Below, piece after piece: positions 13,542 through 28,170 of a DNA stretch of 64,000 nucleotides. The stretch is taken from NCBI GenBank assembly GCA_951406725.2, contig OX597824.1, positions 39,432,001 to 39,496,000 of the forward strand. The letters are read 5' to 3'. Each line of letters begins with the position of its first letter. Within the stretch, counting starts at the first letter, position 1. The stretch comes from Octopus vulgaris (Eukaryota). A program made the translations under genes and the position numbers. The notes beneath the pieces are model-generated. The model searched no databases, was not told the origin of the DNA, and saw only the letters and a list, made by a program, of their open reading frames with translations.

Positions 13542-15240
13542 TGTATGTATGTATGTATGTATGTATGTATGTACGTACGTATGTATATGCTGGTAAATCA
13601 AATAAATTTGATTCAGACTACATTTCCTTAAATATATTGTTGGAATAGAGGTATAGATGGTGTATGCGTGTTTTATCTTTAAAGAAATTGATCAGTGTTT
13701 CTATTTTACTATCACTATTATTTTGTAATATCTCATTAGAAGAAACCGAAATTAATCTTCGTCGACAAAAGATAAATAAATATTACTCCATTCGTATCTC
13801 TTTACTTTCTATATTTATACCAAGTGATCATAACAACGTGAAAGCTGAACCGATAAGCCTAAAGTAGCTATTAAAATTACTAAAATGTAGCTATTTAAGG
13901 CAATAAAATGTATCTATTAAATGCTATTAAAGGGAGCTAAAAAAATTAATTGATAATGAATTGTAATAAACCAGTCCATTAATTCATTTGCAGCTTGCTT
14001 AACTGGAAAAATAAAACAATGGCTATCTGGAAGCATGATCTTTCAATGTGTATAGATTCCAAAAGATATCAACAATGATTTTTAAACTTTGTTAAATAGG
14101 TGGTTTAGGACTAAGTTGGGAATATCTTTATTTTATAAGATGTTCCACAATGATTGTCATATAAGAAAAAAATATATATCCACGACACTTTCAGATCGAG
14201 AATATATAAATAAAACCTCTATTAATGGTATTCCTGATTTTCATAGCTGTTATTAATGTCAGTTCAGCTTTGGCCGAGCAGACTTGTGACCAAAGATGTT
14301 CTTGATGTGTCTGTCACCTCTTTTTAGAAACAGTTTAGCTGTATTAACCTTCTTTTTATTTCAGAATGTCTGAGTGTGATTTAAAAGAGATCTGGCTGTT
14401 ATATCTAGATGATTGTTCTTACGTGATTTTATCTTTATTCGTACGCGAAAGATAATCGGCTTTCTTTGCTACTATCATGTTTACTCTAAGTAATTCACAC
14501 CTTACTTACACCAACCACTTCTGTGAAATAATGAAATACAAGTCACTCAGTTCAGTCCACCTCTTATATCAGCTTCGAAAAAGGGTAAGAAAGAGTGAGT
14601 GTGACAGAGATACTCTCTGCCTGTGGTCAGGCCTGTCTTCCGTATTACTACCTAGAAATATTTTTTCCCAAATATGGTTGACAGTGTATAGTGCCTGATC
14701 TTGGCGTTGAATATAGAAGCTTTTAAGAATCACCCGACCCACAGGAAATAGCAGTAAAATCTCCATCAAAACAATCATTTTGCTTTCTTGAAATATATAT
14801 ATTAGAAAATGTAATTCCTGATAAACAAATTGCTTAGTTTTTCAACTACAAGAAATAGCAGATAGGTTACTGTCAACTCACACACTATTATGCACATAAG
14901 ATAGCCCTATAGTGACAAAATATAGTGAATATAATACATAAAGTAAAAAAAAAAAACGCATCTTGGGAATGTGCTTTATTTTGAGTTGATTGAAGATCAT
15001 TGATATAGAGGAATTGGCGAGGATAAGTCGGGGAATGGAAGCGTTGCTCAAAAATCAGAGACAGAAACGAAGTGAAATAGCTTCATATCTTCATATGGAA
15101 AATTTTCGGATTACATAGAATTTAGTTCTCGATTTTATGGTACTAGGTATTAACAAATAACATCCTAGATTTCATATGATATCAGACAAGTATATTTGCG
15201 GGTGGAGCGAACTGTTCACTGTAACGACAGTTTTAGGTAT

Positions 15241-15550
15241 TATTGTTGTTTGTTCCTTCTCGAGCCATGCTCGGATCCTAAGGGCCGTTTTCCCGGTTTC
15301 ATTGACGTATAGGTTCCTCACCTGGCTGGGACGCCGGTTTGTCACAGGTGAGCTGTTAGATGTAGGAGAGTACGAGTGAGAGTAAGTTGTGGCCAAGGTG
15401 TCAGCAGAAGTTCGCCATTACCTTCTGCCAGAGCCGCGTGGAGCTTAGATGTTTCACTCATGGGCATACGCATGGCCCGGTCTGCGATTCGAACCCGCGA
15501 TCCCTCGAACGCGAGACCGCTGCTCTAACCACTAGACCATGTGCCTTCAC
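15241..15550 (-). mobile_element. SINE family C with about 12-bp TSD
   Basis: Paralogue of 6992-7286. TSD AGTTTTAGRTAT at 15229-15240 and 15551-15562. Confidence 0.9.
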
Positions 15551-15943
15551 AGTTTTAGATATACAGTTGATTATTTGTTTTATTCTGCAGAAATAATTGT
15601 TTCAATCGTCTTCTGTGATTTGAAATGAGAATTCACAGGGATCCAAATTACGAAATTCCAAAGAAATTAAAACAAGAGAGTACAAAGCAAGTTTTCTGTC
15701 GCAAGATATATTATAGGGTAACTCTATTTACTGAAAAGTTGAAGAGAAGAGATATTTAAAAAGAAACTGCAAGAGAAATTTGAACCAGACAAATATTTAT
15801 GTCATTTATCATACAGGTATTATTTTCATAAATTATAACAGACTCAACATCTATTTATGGTTTGTTTACATCATTTAGTGTCGTTATTTGCTTATTTCTT
15901 TACGTTTTTGTTTCATATGTCTAGTTTATTTATATATATATAA

Positions 15944-16003
<60 letters not shown>

Positions 16004-16346
16004 TTATTTATTTTATTGTACTTAACAAAATAACAAAATATTACTGTGCTAAAGATTTCGGCAGAGACCAACAGGACGCATGTGCTTATTTCAATTAGCG
16101 TCTTTGAAATAAATGAAATTCTACCCCCACTCAGTCTATTTAATTACTACTCAAAAGTAAACACACAAAACAAAATAATTACTGCATATGAAATATTAAT
16201 AATAACAGCAAAAACAAACAAAAACACTAACTGCAAAAACATGTGATTCAAGTCGTTGTTGTCATATTAGTTCAGTTCTAGTTATTCCAATAACAAATAA
16301 CGAACGAGAAGAATAAAATACAAGCCAGAAATATAGAAATAACGAG

Positions 16347-16700
<354 letters not shown>

Positions 16701-18719
16701 AACTTTAAATCAGTAGAATTCAACTTGTTTTATAGATATAATTGAATATCAGATAGAATGTCAAGAATTATTAGCAGATACAAATTTGTTATCGTTGCTG
16801 TTTCTTTTTTGTTTGGTTGTTTGTTTTTTTCTTCTTCTTTCCTTTCTTTCTCTTTCTTTCTTTGGTTCTCCAGCTTCAGTCACACTCATATCCCCACGCA
16901 AACACATGCATTCATAATTTAAGAATTTAATTACATATATGCGTGTGTTTGTGTGTGTATGTATGTGTGTAATTTAAGAATTTAGTTACACACACACATA
17001 TATATATATATATATTATATAATATATATATATATATGTATGTATATTATATGTGCATGAGTGTGTAAGACTTAAATGTATATATATATGCACATTTGAA
17101 TATAAGTATATTTGCATATATATATATATGTGTGTGTGTGTATAAATATATGCACATGAACATATGCATACATGCATATATGCATGAATGTATATGTATA
17201 TACCCACATATATACATGCATGTACATATATATAAACTTATATAAGCTTAAGTATAATTATATATTCGTTTGTGTATGTATATATACATATATGTATGTC
17301 CATATAATTGTGTATATGTGTGCGTTTATGTGCATGTGTATATATATTTACGCGAGTATGTGTCTGATAAGAAATAAGCCAGTAAATTTACATATGCACG
17401 TCTCGGTGTTTTATTTTAAATGTTATTGTTTCTGGATTTTTGCCACAGGGGAACCATTATAATTACGAGTAACTTCATTTCAAGCCGATATAAATAGAGT
17501 TGAAGTTTTGTTTTATTTGATTGAAGCTTACGAGCATAAACATGAAGCAAAGTCTCACACCAGTTAGGAATATAGGAACCTCATCGCCTAAATGAATACC
17601 ACTGACCAACATTACAGAACAAAAAAAACGAGTACTAAGTACAAATAGCATTAACAGCAATAATGTGTCTAATTTAGGCACATGGATTAGAATTTTGGGT
17701 GAAAAGAATGAGTTGATTATATCCATCACAGTTTACGACTGGTACTCTATTTCATCGATTCCTGAACGAGCTCAAGAAGGAACATAAAGAGCTTGGAAAT
17801 AGATCCAGATGAGATGACCTCGGTGAGGCGTGAATACTTCTGGAACCATTCTGGTTCTCCACTGGGTACCGCGGTCTTTGTTGTCCCTGGAGATGACCGA
17901 TTCGGCAAGAGTTATGGCTTGTCATTAAAGCATTGACAGTGACAATAGTAGGCGGGTCTGTTGTTTCAGGCTTGACATTTTAACTTGAAACCGCTTCCTT
18001 CTTCTTCGAATGGATATATTTGTCATACCGTAGGCTGAAAGGTCAAACATCGCCTCTAAGGATAAACATCATAGAAGAGCAGAATAAAATAAGTGGAGTA
18101 AGAGCACACACAAAGACAAAGAGTGTTGTTGAAGAGGTCACAGACGTGTGACGCAAGATCTCCGGACAATTGACATCAGTCAGAATAAGAACAGTAATAA
18201 ACCTGTGAAGAACAAATAGCATGAAGGTGAAAACAACAGCAGTAATAATTGGAGCTTTGGACATTATATCAAAAACATATGAACAAAAATATAGAATCTA
18301 AACCTGGATCCTCAACGCTACACACTATTCACAAAATAGAAACAGCCCACATTCTGCGCAAGGCAATATGAATTCAATAATATAACCCAAACAAATCAAT
18401 CCAGAAATACAAGACACACTATATATAACAAATATCCATCAAAATAAACAACTATTAACAGGTTGTTTACCCAACAGAAGAACGGACACAATACACAATA
18501 CAAGCACTAGTAGAACAAAGGACGGCAATCGGGCCTCGTAACAAAGCAAACTGACGCCGTATAATACCTAGAAGAGTTCGCACACTCGTCCAACAGCAAC
18601 AACAAAGAACACACAATGCTGCACACACCTAGCAACACGGAGGAGTAGCAGGTGCTGCAATAGAAATTCACTGGAATCTACCAAATGTAATAATAATAAT
18701 AATAATAATAATAATTTCT

Positions 18720-19085
18720 CTAAAAGAGCCCGCAGAGCTGAGTACAATAGGACAAGAATAAAATAAAACTAAGTGTGTAGAAAAAAAAACATAATGTGGC
18801 GGAATTACATCAATTAAACGGGCATATGAAACAATCATTGGCATAATGATAATAATTATAACATTAAAGAATTAAATTATTTGAAAATATTGCCAAAATG
18901 AGTGATAAACTCGTTGATGATTCTTAGTATCGCAGACACCATCTCAGAGCACCCTGACACATCGAAATCAAATACCTCCTTCAACCAATAATGAATATTA
19001 ATTATAGAAAATAGACAAGGTAAAGAGAAGAGAGTAATACACAGAGAAAAAATTTTGAATGGTGTTGCTCTATACAAAATATGGA
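18720..19085 (-). mobile_element. Possible LINE 3' end (ORF C-terminus plus UTR) next to an (ATT)n tract
   Basis: ORF 18877-19077 ends ..ILRIINEFITHFGNIFK, followed by a UTR-like stretch and a microsatellite tail. Clade not identified. Confidence 0.3.
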
Positions 19086-19760
19086 TAGAAAACAGTAAAA
19101 ATAATTATATGAAGAGGATACAATTATGACGACGATGACGACGACGACGACGATAACGACCATGATGACAATATGTTGATGATTAGTGTTGTTATCAATA
19201 TTTATGGAAACAATAATTAGAAGAACAATGCCAAATGAAGAAATTGACTGGATGGGAGCATCAATATCGATGGAAAGAAATATATCAAGTGACAGGTTGT
19301 TTAAATTTCCGCTAATAGTCCATATTAATTAAAGCAAAACAGGAGTTGTTTAATTCTGTTTAAAGAAAACATAATTGAACGTCATCAATTTGTAGAAAAA
19401 TAAATAATGAAGATAGGGAACAATTAGAGGAAAGAAGAAAAGAAGGAATGTTCACAATGAAATACAATTTATTCTTAAAACAAAAACACACTCAGATGGT
19501 TATAATTAAAGACACACATCACATTAATAGCCACATGTACATTTGCATGTACAGTCAAGAGCACATACACATACATAGGCAAATACTCTGATGCACAAAC
19601 GTACGAGCACACATACATACACACAGGAAAGGTTTTAAATGCGCATGCGACGGCTCGTGCATTCTTCCTTGAGTGTGAATGCGTGACCGTCTGTATGTAT
19701 GTTGGTATGCATATACATACATATACACACATATATATACACATTATATGTGTGTGTATG

Positions 19761-19827
<67 letters not shown>

Positions 19828-20100
19828 CACATTACATATGCAAGAAAGAAATGCAGCAAAATTATAATTAGAGACACACATCACCACCTGCATCTCCATA
19901 CAGACATAGGGAGACATACTACACATACACACACACATCACACACGCGAGCACACACACACACATCACACACGCGAGCATACACACACACAGAACCAGAC
20001 AGACAGTCAGGTAGATACATAGATAGATAATCAATAAAACATATATAAGAAAAGAAGTGCACTCTAAAGAATAGAGTGGCATGTATTTAAACAAAAAGTT

Positions 20101-21175
20101 AAATTTTTGTCATAGATTTTCCAACAGTTTCGTATCTACAAAAGCCACAGCGTGGTAGACAGCGCGTCAGACCCTCTACAAAGACAAAATTTAATTTTCT
20201 ACGCACGGACGGGAGGAAACACTAGATCTAACGGCTAACGTATAAAACATTAATGAGGACGGTTTATCTGCCCTGGACTGGAAGATAAAAAACCTTCACC
20301 GATTCGTAATAGCCTAACCAGCAAACAGAGAGATCTAATTTTCCAGTAAGTAGCCTTTGAAATGGACACATTCAGAGAAAATTTCCGAACGACTATTTAA
20401 CGCGTCAGGTTTAGCATACTCCTTAAGAACTTTGGTTCTCTCCGCGATACAGATTTTGCAACGGCCACTCCCATTAATATATGGGCCTGGATATTCTATT
20501 ATTTTCCACCAGATGTTACATGGGGTTCTCTTTATCTCTGAAGTACCACGCATGGCGGGCTAGGGACATAACAAAACGTATTTCTAGGACTCTGAAGGAT
20601 GATTGGTGGTTGCGGAAGCGTCGTTTGAACGATGCAGTGGCTCATCCGATATATTTACAAACTTGGGAGGCGTCTATATTCGCACTCTTGGTTTATCTCT
20701 GGTAGGCTCCGGGCCTGAGAATGCTGTTAGTAACACCGTTGCTAAGGTTGTCATTATCATGCAATGATCCGGCGGTGCTATCGCCGTGGTTATCGTTTCT
20801 GGTCATATGGTTGGCGATGATGCTGCCGGCGTTAGTGTGGGTGTGGCTGGTGGCAACATATCGTGCGGGGCCGGTCAATCCAGCGGTTTCGATGATAAAT
20901 GTTTGGTCATCGTGTATGGTGGTGGTACAGGTGTCACCGGTTACCTCCTCCGTGTCGGTGGTTTCGGATTGGTTATCATCTTTAGCTGTGGCGATTGTAC
21001 TGGTGGTAACACATGGTGCGGGGTCGGTCACTCTAACGGTGTCGATGATAATGTTTTGCTCATTATCTATGGCGGCGGTAATGGGTTTGCCGTTTCTCTC
21101 CTCTGTATCGCTGGTCTCAGACTTGTCATAATCTCTGGCTATGGCAACTGTACTGGCGTAGGATCTGGGTAATCT
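20101..21175 (-). mobile_element. Decayed Penelope-like element: GIY-YIG endonuclease plus pLTR-like 3' region
   Basis: Minus strand reads CKYIG*ATASFKRRFRNHQSSF..SLARHAW, then WKIIE..YINGSGRCKICIAE..LNSRSEIFSECVH. Hammerhead-like remnant at 20101-20190. Confidence 0.8.
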
Positions 21176-21179
21176 CCTA

Positions 21180-22275
21180 TTATGCTAGTTGTAAAAGTTT
21201 TCTTAAATGAGACATGACATTATCATTGAAAAGGTTCACTGCTCTATTTGCTACCACTGTACCAGGGTGAAACTTTTCCACAAAACTTTGCACCTCACCC
21301 CATTCAGCACAAATTCGTTTGATTAAAGAATTTGGGGCATCCTCCTTCCCTTCTTCCTTCTCAGAAGACATTTTCTCAGCCAAATTCTTTTGCTGTTCAT
21401 TCTGAAAGTGTAGAAGCTCTTCGGTGATTAGCTCAGTCCGATGGTCTTCCACCAGCTCTTCAATAGTTTTCCCATGGAGACAGTATCATCAACAATAGCA
21501 ATTTCCTCGACAGCAGCGGTACTTGTAACTGTCTCAACCCCCTCAAAGTCTCGTCCTGGTACAGTCTGGCCAAAGTTTGCTCCATGCTGAATTCATGGTT
21601 CTGTAATTCACTTATCACTTATCAATAAGATTAACACAATTCAGGATATTGAAATGATTTTTCCAAAACTCTCTGAGAATTAACTGCGTCATTAGTGACT
21701 TGAAAACACTTTCGAAACAGAGCTTTTGCGTAAAGTTTCTTAAAGTTTGCACTGATCTGTTGGTCTATTGTTTATATTAGAAGAGTTGTAATAGGTGACC
21801 TGATTAAAATCACATTCTTCTGCTAAGTCATCCTCCAAAACTGGGAGCATTGTCTAACACGAGAAGGCATTTTAGTGGCAAGTGATTTTAGGCAGTCACA
21901 TAACAGGCAATTTACTCTTCATAACATTGTTCCTTTGGAAAACCCTCGGATTATCGGAATAGCAAACAACCAATGGCTTGACTTGAAATCGCCACTTACG
22001 CTGCCGCATAGCAAAAGAGTTAGTCTATCTTTCATTGGCTTGTATCCTGGCAACGCAGTTCCCTCCTTAGTAATATAGGTCCTATTTGGCATTGGTTTCC
22101 AATATAATCCTGTTTCATCCCCGTTAAACACCTGCCGGGGAGGGGGGGAGATAAACTCCTTCTTCTATCAAGTCATTAACTCAATCAGAAATTTCTCAGT
22201 CGCATCCTTGTATGAACTCGCTGCCTCTTCGTGCCTAATTACACAGTGCATTTCACTTCTCTTCTCAAATTTGGT
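21180..22275 (-). mobile_element. Decayed Tigger/pogo DDE transposase
   Basis: Motifs FNGDETGLYWKPMPNRTYITKE..KPMKDRLTLLLCG, CLLVLDNAP and RHEEAASS, plus the C-terminal ORF 21180-21452. Confidence 0.9.
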
Positions 22276-22439
22276 GTAGGAGAAGAAGTAGTAGAAGAAG
22301 AAGAAGAAGAAGAAGAAGAAGAAGAAGAAGGAGAACAACAACAACAACAACAACAACAACCTTTGGATGACTGTTTGTATGTATGTATGTATGTATGTAT
22401 GTATGCATGTATGTATGTATGTATGTAGTGATGAATGGA

Positions 22440-22570
22440 TGGATGTATATATGTATAAGAGGATTCCAAACAGCTTCTACCGAATCCACTCACAAGGCAT
22501 TGGTCCGCTTCGGGCTTTAGCAGGATACAAATGCTCAAGGTGCCACGCAAGAGGACTGGACGTGAACCCA
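22440..22570 (-). mobile_element. SINE family B fragment
   Basis: Reverse complement of the family B head and core (CTCAAGGTGCCACGCA on the plus strand). Confidence 0.7.
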
Positions 22571-22802
22571 CATACTTACAAAGTGTATTTATTATGAACT
22601 GTTCAACACAGTTTTACCTAATAGGAATTGACTTGAAATTATCTTAGTTTGTTTTGTAAAGGTATGGTGGGATGTTTTGCAGCGCTCATGGTTAAAGCTG
22701 CTTCCCATTACACGGACATTTCAAAAGATCTAGGTTTTTCCACCCTGTAAGCAAACAAGAATCAACATTATGTTATAAACATGCTCACAGATGCGCTCTT
22801 TC

Positions 22803-23152
22803 TTATTACCTCCGAATTCGCTAAGGCGGAGTTATTGTTTTCAGCCGTGTTTCTTTGTTTGTTTGTCCATTGACAAGATATTTCAGGAACCGTTGGATGG
22901 ATTCGAATGAAACTTCCAGGGTTGTTTGCCCTCGTGACTGGCACGAGCTGATCAGATTTGGGGAGTGATCCGGTACTGGACAAGGATTCTGGACGTCTTT
23001 TTTTTTTATTACTTAATTTTTGAGAGCGGTTGGGTTCATTATTAGCATTTTCATTTGTGAGAGCAGTTGAGTTTATTTCAGATATTCTCATTTTAGAAAG
23101 AAGACGTTGGTGTTGCCTTGGCATAGTTTTGTGCACTCTGAGTTCTCTTGTG
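22803..23152 (+). mobile_element. Helentron-associated/DINE-like non-autonomous element (HINE)
   Basis: 5' TTATTACCTCCG..GGCGGAG short inverted repeat, GTTT tract, TGGATGGATTCGAATGAAACTT motif, and a 3' subterminal repeat with a small hairpin. Confidence 0.6.
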
Positions 23153-24054
23153 TTTAGATTATTTTAAATTTCATTAAAATAGTCTATATAGCGTAAGAGG
23201 TGATAAACGTGGCATCATAATGTAATAGTGAAACAACTATTATTCATATAAGATAATGTATAGAAATATACTTTTATTACATGTCTTTGTAAAATACTGA
23301 GCAGCTGACAACTACATTTAAATATATTAACTGGCATCGGTAACCATAAAAAAATATCTGTAGACACTTTCTTAAGATGTAAATAAATTAATTGCCTATT
23401 AAAAGCTCTTAAAGTTTCTGCATATATGTAATATTTTTCACTTCATCTTATATTTCTTTGCGAAGCTCAAAGATTTTTCATTTCAATTGGAAGCTATTGA
23501 ATTAACAGGAGTATATTACTAGTATAAAGTATAATATCCAGCAAGAAACGAATGTCTATAGCTTAAGTAATTTAGTATGCACTTCCAGCATATAAAAGAA
23601 ATGAATACTATTTTCTAATCCGAGAATTATTGTGTAATGAAGGTGCGGCTTGAAGACGGTAGGATAAAGGAAATGATATGTAAAAACGCAAGAGAGGTGT
23701 CGTGGGGCGGAGACAGACGATAGAATAGACAGAGACAGAAAGTAGCATGAGTAGCAAGATAATAGAGATCATGAAAAATTATAATGACCAGAATAAACTA
23801 AAATGATTAACTACGCCATTTTCATGACGAGTAACTAAGACAGCTTTGTTCAGTGGTACTCACACAGCTGTAGGTATTGATGTAACCACTGCAAGCATTA
23901 CACACTTATTAATAAATAGTGTTCCCACCAATATAAGTGAAACACTGATTACTTCATTGGAAAATTGTAAACAACGATGCTATTATTCCATAAACCTTAT
24001 ATAAATTAAGAATAACGTATGGAAGTTTGAAATATTTGTATTTGATTATAAATA

Positions 24055-24262
24055 TCGGTTTCAAATTTTTGCACAAAGCTAATAATTTCGTGGAAGGGGT
24101 AAGTCGACTACATCGATCCCAGTATTCAACTGGTACTTATTTTAACAAAACTGAAAGGATGAAAGGTCGACCTCGACGGAATTTGAACTCCGAACGCAAA
24201 GACTGACGAAATGCCGTGAAACATTTTGCACGGCTTGTTAACTATTCCCGTCAGCTCACTGC
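24055..24262 (-). mobile_element. SINE family A
   Basis: Reverse complement of the family A consensus. Confidence 0.8.
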
Positions 24263-24669
24263 ATTTATTTGATTATAAACATCATTGTGGATTGAAATGT
24301 TATCGTTTTGGCTAACAACGGTACAGTACACCAGCTTGTATGTAAACTAAACTTGTAGTGCAGTATCTTGTCATGAAAATTTGAAACATGTAGATCACCT
24401 TCGATTGTCTTTGAAATGATTCACATGTAAAGATATCAAAATGTGTAATAAAACTGCAAGAAGAAATTACATTACAATTGTAATCTAAAAATTATTGGTA
24501 GTGGATCTCCGGCATGTAACGACAAAGATTCAGCTCCAAGAACAACTTAATTACATTAACTCGTAAGTGGCTGAGCATTCAACAGATACGTGTTGCCTTT
24601 ACCTAATTTGCAGTCTCTATGTGGCAAGACTGCACCTTTTGAGTTACAATATGATCGACAGGGTTTATT

Positions 24670-24815
24670 ACAGCTTCCGTCTACCCAATTTCACTCAAAA
24701 GGTATGGGTTGACACAGAGCTATAGAAACTATATGCCCAATATGCTTTACAAGGAAAAGAACCCAGGATCTTGCAGTAGCAAAGCGAACTTCATTACCAT
24801 TCGGCCGTACAGCGC
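24670..24815 (-). mobile_element. Decayed SINE family B head
   Basis: Reverse-complement similarity to 53245-53400. Confidence 0.5.
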
Positions 24816-24827
24816 ATAATAATAGTA

Positions 24828-24911
<84 letters not shown>

Positions 24912-24915
<4 letters not shown>

Positions 24916-25085
24916 CTTTACTACCCACAAGGGGCTAAGCACAGAGGAGACACACAAGGACAGACAGACGAACTAAGTCGATTATATTGACCCCAGTGCG
25001 TAACTGGTACTTAATTTATCGATCCCGAAAGGATGAAAGGCAAAGTCGACCTCGGCGGAATTTGAACTCCGAACGTAACGGGCGG
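24912..25085 (-). mobile_element. 5'-truncated SINE family A variant with the TTGTGGGTAGTAAAGAAAT tail
   Basis: Core reversed. Tail matches 27541-27560. Sits against a (TA)n tract. Confidence 0.85.
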
Positions 25086-26014
25086 GCATAATAAAAAATA
25101 TATATATATATCGTACATCAAAAGAGAACTTATCAAGAAAATAATTTAGAAACGTTATTCTTTTATTAATTATCTTCCAGATTATAAGTTCTCTTATAAT
25201 ACATTTTCATGCATTGCTCATAGGGATGAAACTAAACACATCTTACCGTTTCTTCTGCTTTTTATGTTTTTACTATAAACGTGCTGTCTTGCGCTTTACA
25301 CTCAACTGTAGGATTGCGATAACGGTATCTGATGCTCAGGAACGTTTTCAAACAAGAGTGCCGACTAATTAAAAGATTCGGCTTTTTCTTTGCTGACATT
25401 GTACTCTATAGTAATTGACGCCCTATTTACCTGAAACTTTTGAAAGCATGATGTACCTTGTGTAAATATTTCGTAACATATTCTGTTTCTAATATCTGCT
25501 GATGTGTTTAGACAACTCCGAATTAAAATACTGATGTATTATTCTCAATAGGGAATTTCCTCGATAATTCTGGACGTTGTTTCGCATGTTCAGTTGAATT
25601 TCAGTATTAACATTATTTGGAGATTAAAAGAAAACCTATGAAGGATACAAAGTTGAACAAGAGAATTATATACAGAAGCTTCCATGTTTACAAATGACAT
25701 AAGTTCATGGGGTTTGTTGATAAGTCCAAATGTTCACCAATCCTCCTGTCAATACAGCATACTCAGCACAACATTGCAAGAAAAATGTTCATAGTAGAGC
25801 AGTGCTTCAGTAATAATCGACACTATAGTTTGCTAATGTTAGGAAGAATAACAATAATAATAATTATTCTTTGTAATATTGCCTCAAGGCCAGTCATTTT
25901 ATGAGGAAATGGTAAGTCCATTATGTCGACCTCTGTACTTGACTGGTACTTTATTTCATCTACAGCGCAATAGAACATAAATATAATGTCGCTAAGAATT
26001 TTATCAAGACAGGT

Positions 26015-26300
<286 letters not shown>

Positions 26301-27140
26301 ATCCTTTCAACTAAAGGCACAAGGCCTGAAATTTCTTTAGTGCACTTCTGTTAAATAGTGTGGGTGTTAGATTATTTGTACAAATAAATAAGAATAACAT
26401 CGTAACGTCACAGAGAGAGACAGCAACTTTACTTTAATTTACCAGCTGACACTGTGCAGCGAACCGGGGTGATTTCCAGGTAGGTTTGATCGTCTCTCAC
26501 AAACTTTGTAACTAGAAAACTTGTAATGAGGAGAGGGATCTGAAATAATTTTGCTTTGTTTATTTCAGCTGATATTTTTGTTTTGCTTTTTTGTTTGAAT
26601 TATTGATATTACTAAGATGTGCTTATATATAACTATTACTAAATAGTTTATATAAACAGATATAAAAATATACAAAGTTTTCAGACTGGCAAGAATTTCA
26701 AATTTTATGTTTACTTATCTATATTGTATTTATACAGAAATTCACATATGAATTAAAATAAAACTTTAAAAGTATTTATTTGATATAAGCAGGATTCTTC
26801 ACTGAATTTCAGAATTATTTATTTATTTGATATTTCCATTCAGCATGCTCTCATATTCTCTTTTACGATATTTTCATGAAGGTCATGCAAAAATGTTAAA
26901 GTTCGTAAACAATATAGACGCAGTCCAAGTTTTCATGAGCAACCCATTATACAAATTATATTTTCTCATATTTTAATTTCTACTAAATTAGTATACTCAA
27001 TAAAATGTATTAATTTCTTATATCTTTTATATTTAAAGATGCAAAACGTTTAGTGATACAATATCGTTATATTTTTATGCTTGAATATTTAAAATTTCTC
27101 ATTGTAGTATGTAATAGATAATGCAAAGATATTAAGTATA

Positions 27141-27560
27141 GATAAGGCGGCGAACTAGCAGAAACGTTAGCACGCCGGACGAAATGCGTAGCCGTATTTC
27201 GTCTGCCGTTACGTTCTCAGTTCAAATTCCGCCGAGGTCGACTTTGCCTTTCATCCTTTCGAGGTCGATAAATTAAGTACCAGTTACGCACTGGGGTCGA
27301 TATAATCGACTTAATACCTATGTCTGTCCTTGTTTGTCCCCTCTATGTTTAGCCCCTTTAGGGTAATAAAGAAACAGGTATTTCGTCTGCTGCTACGTTC
27401 TGAGTTCAAATTCCGCCGAGGTCGACTTTACCTGTCATCTTTTCGGGGATCGATTAAATAAGTACCAGTTACGCACTGGGGTCGATGTAATCGACTTAAT
27501 CCGTTTGTCTGTCCTTGTTTGTCCCTTCTGTGTTTAGCCCCTTGTGGGTAGTAAAGAAAT
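27141..27560 (+). mobile_element. Nested or dimeric SINE family A variant (two body-plus-tail units of about 185 bp) with 14-bp TSD
   Basis: TSD AGATATTAAGTATA at 27127-27140 and 27561-27574. Units at about 27193-27376 and 27377-27560. Confidence 0.9.
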
Positions 27561-27994
27561 AGATATTAAGTATAATTGCTAATCTAGCGCCTCACCTGAC
27601 AGCAAGCGTGAATCATAAATCACTGATAAACACTTGATTCGTAAATACAATATATCAGAGCTAACAAAAGAAAATCTTTCGCAATTTCCTTCCAAGAACT
27701 AATATCAATATCGATGTAGTTATTATGAAAGCAACGTACAGTGTAGCACATGTTATTCATCAATAGCTATTTAACAAACTTAAAACCTAACTGTCTATAT
27801 TTTAATGTGTCTGAAATGTGTTAAACCAGTAAATGACCAAGAGAAATACACTTCTTTAATAGGTCTTAGTTGTGTTAAATTGTTAAATAGCTATTAAGGA
27901 ATAACATGTGCTGGATTGCACATTGCATCCATAATAACCTCATCAATATTGATATTAGTTCTCAAACATCTTTATAAATCTGAAGCATCTACGT

Positions 27995-28058
<64 letters not shown>

Positions 28059-28075
28059 ATATATATATGTGTATA

Positions 28076-28131
<56 letters not shown>

Positions 28132-28170
28132 TATATGAAAGAATGGAGTTGAACGACTAGTTAACAAATA

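Noticed and set aside
14990-15120. Short frame IDIEELARISRGMEALLKNQRQKRSEIAS with a furin-like RQKR site
   Set aside because: No convincing splice acceptor and no recognisable homology.
17800-18660. GC-richer unique-looking segment
   Set aside because: Stop codons in the frames I read and no motif recognised. Probably an unclassified decayed element.
20642-20644. In-frame TGA right after YIG, a possible selenocysteine codon as reported in some Penelope-like clades
   Set aside because: The same copy has a TAA stop upstream and a frameshift downstream, so decay is the simpler explanation. Only a family consensus and SECIS search could revive the idea.
27141-27560. Repeat-spacer or CRISPR-like array
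   Set aside because: The units are whole SINE bodies without unique spacers, in a eukaryotic context with no cas genes.
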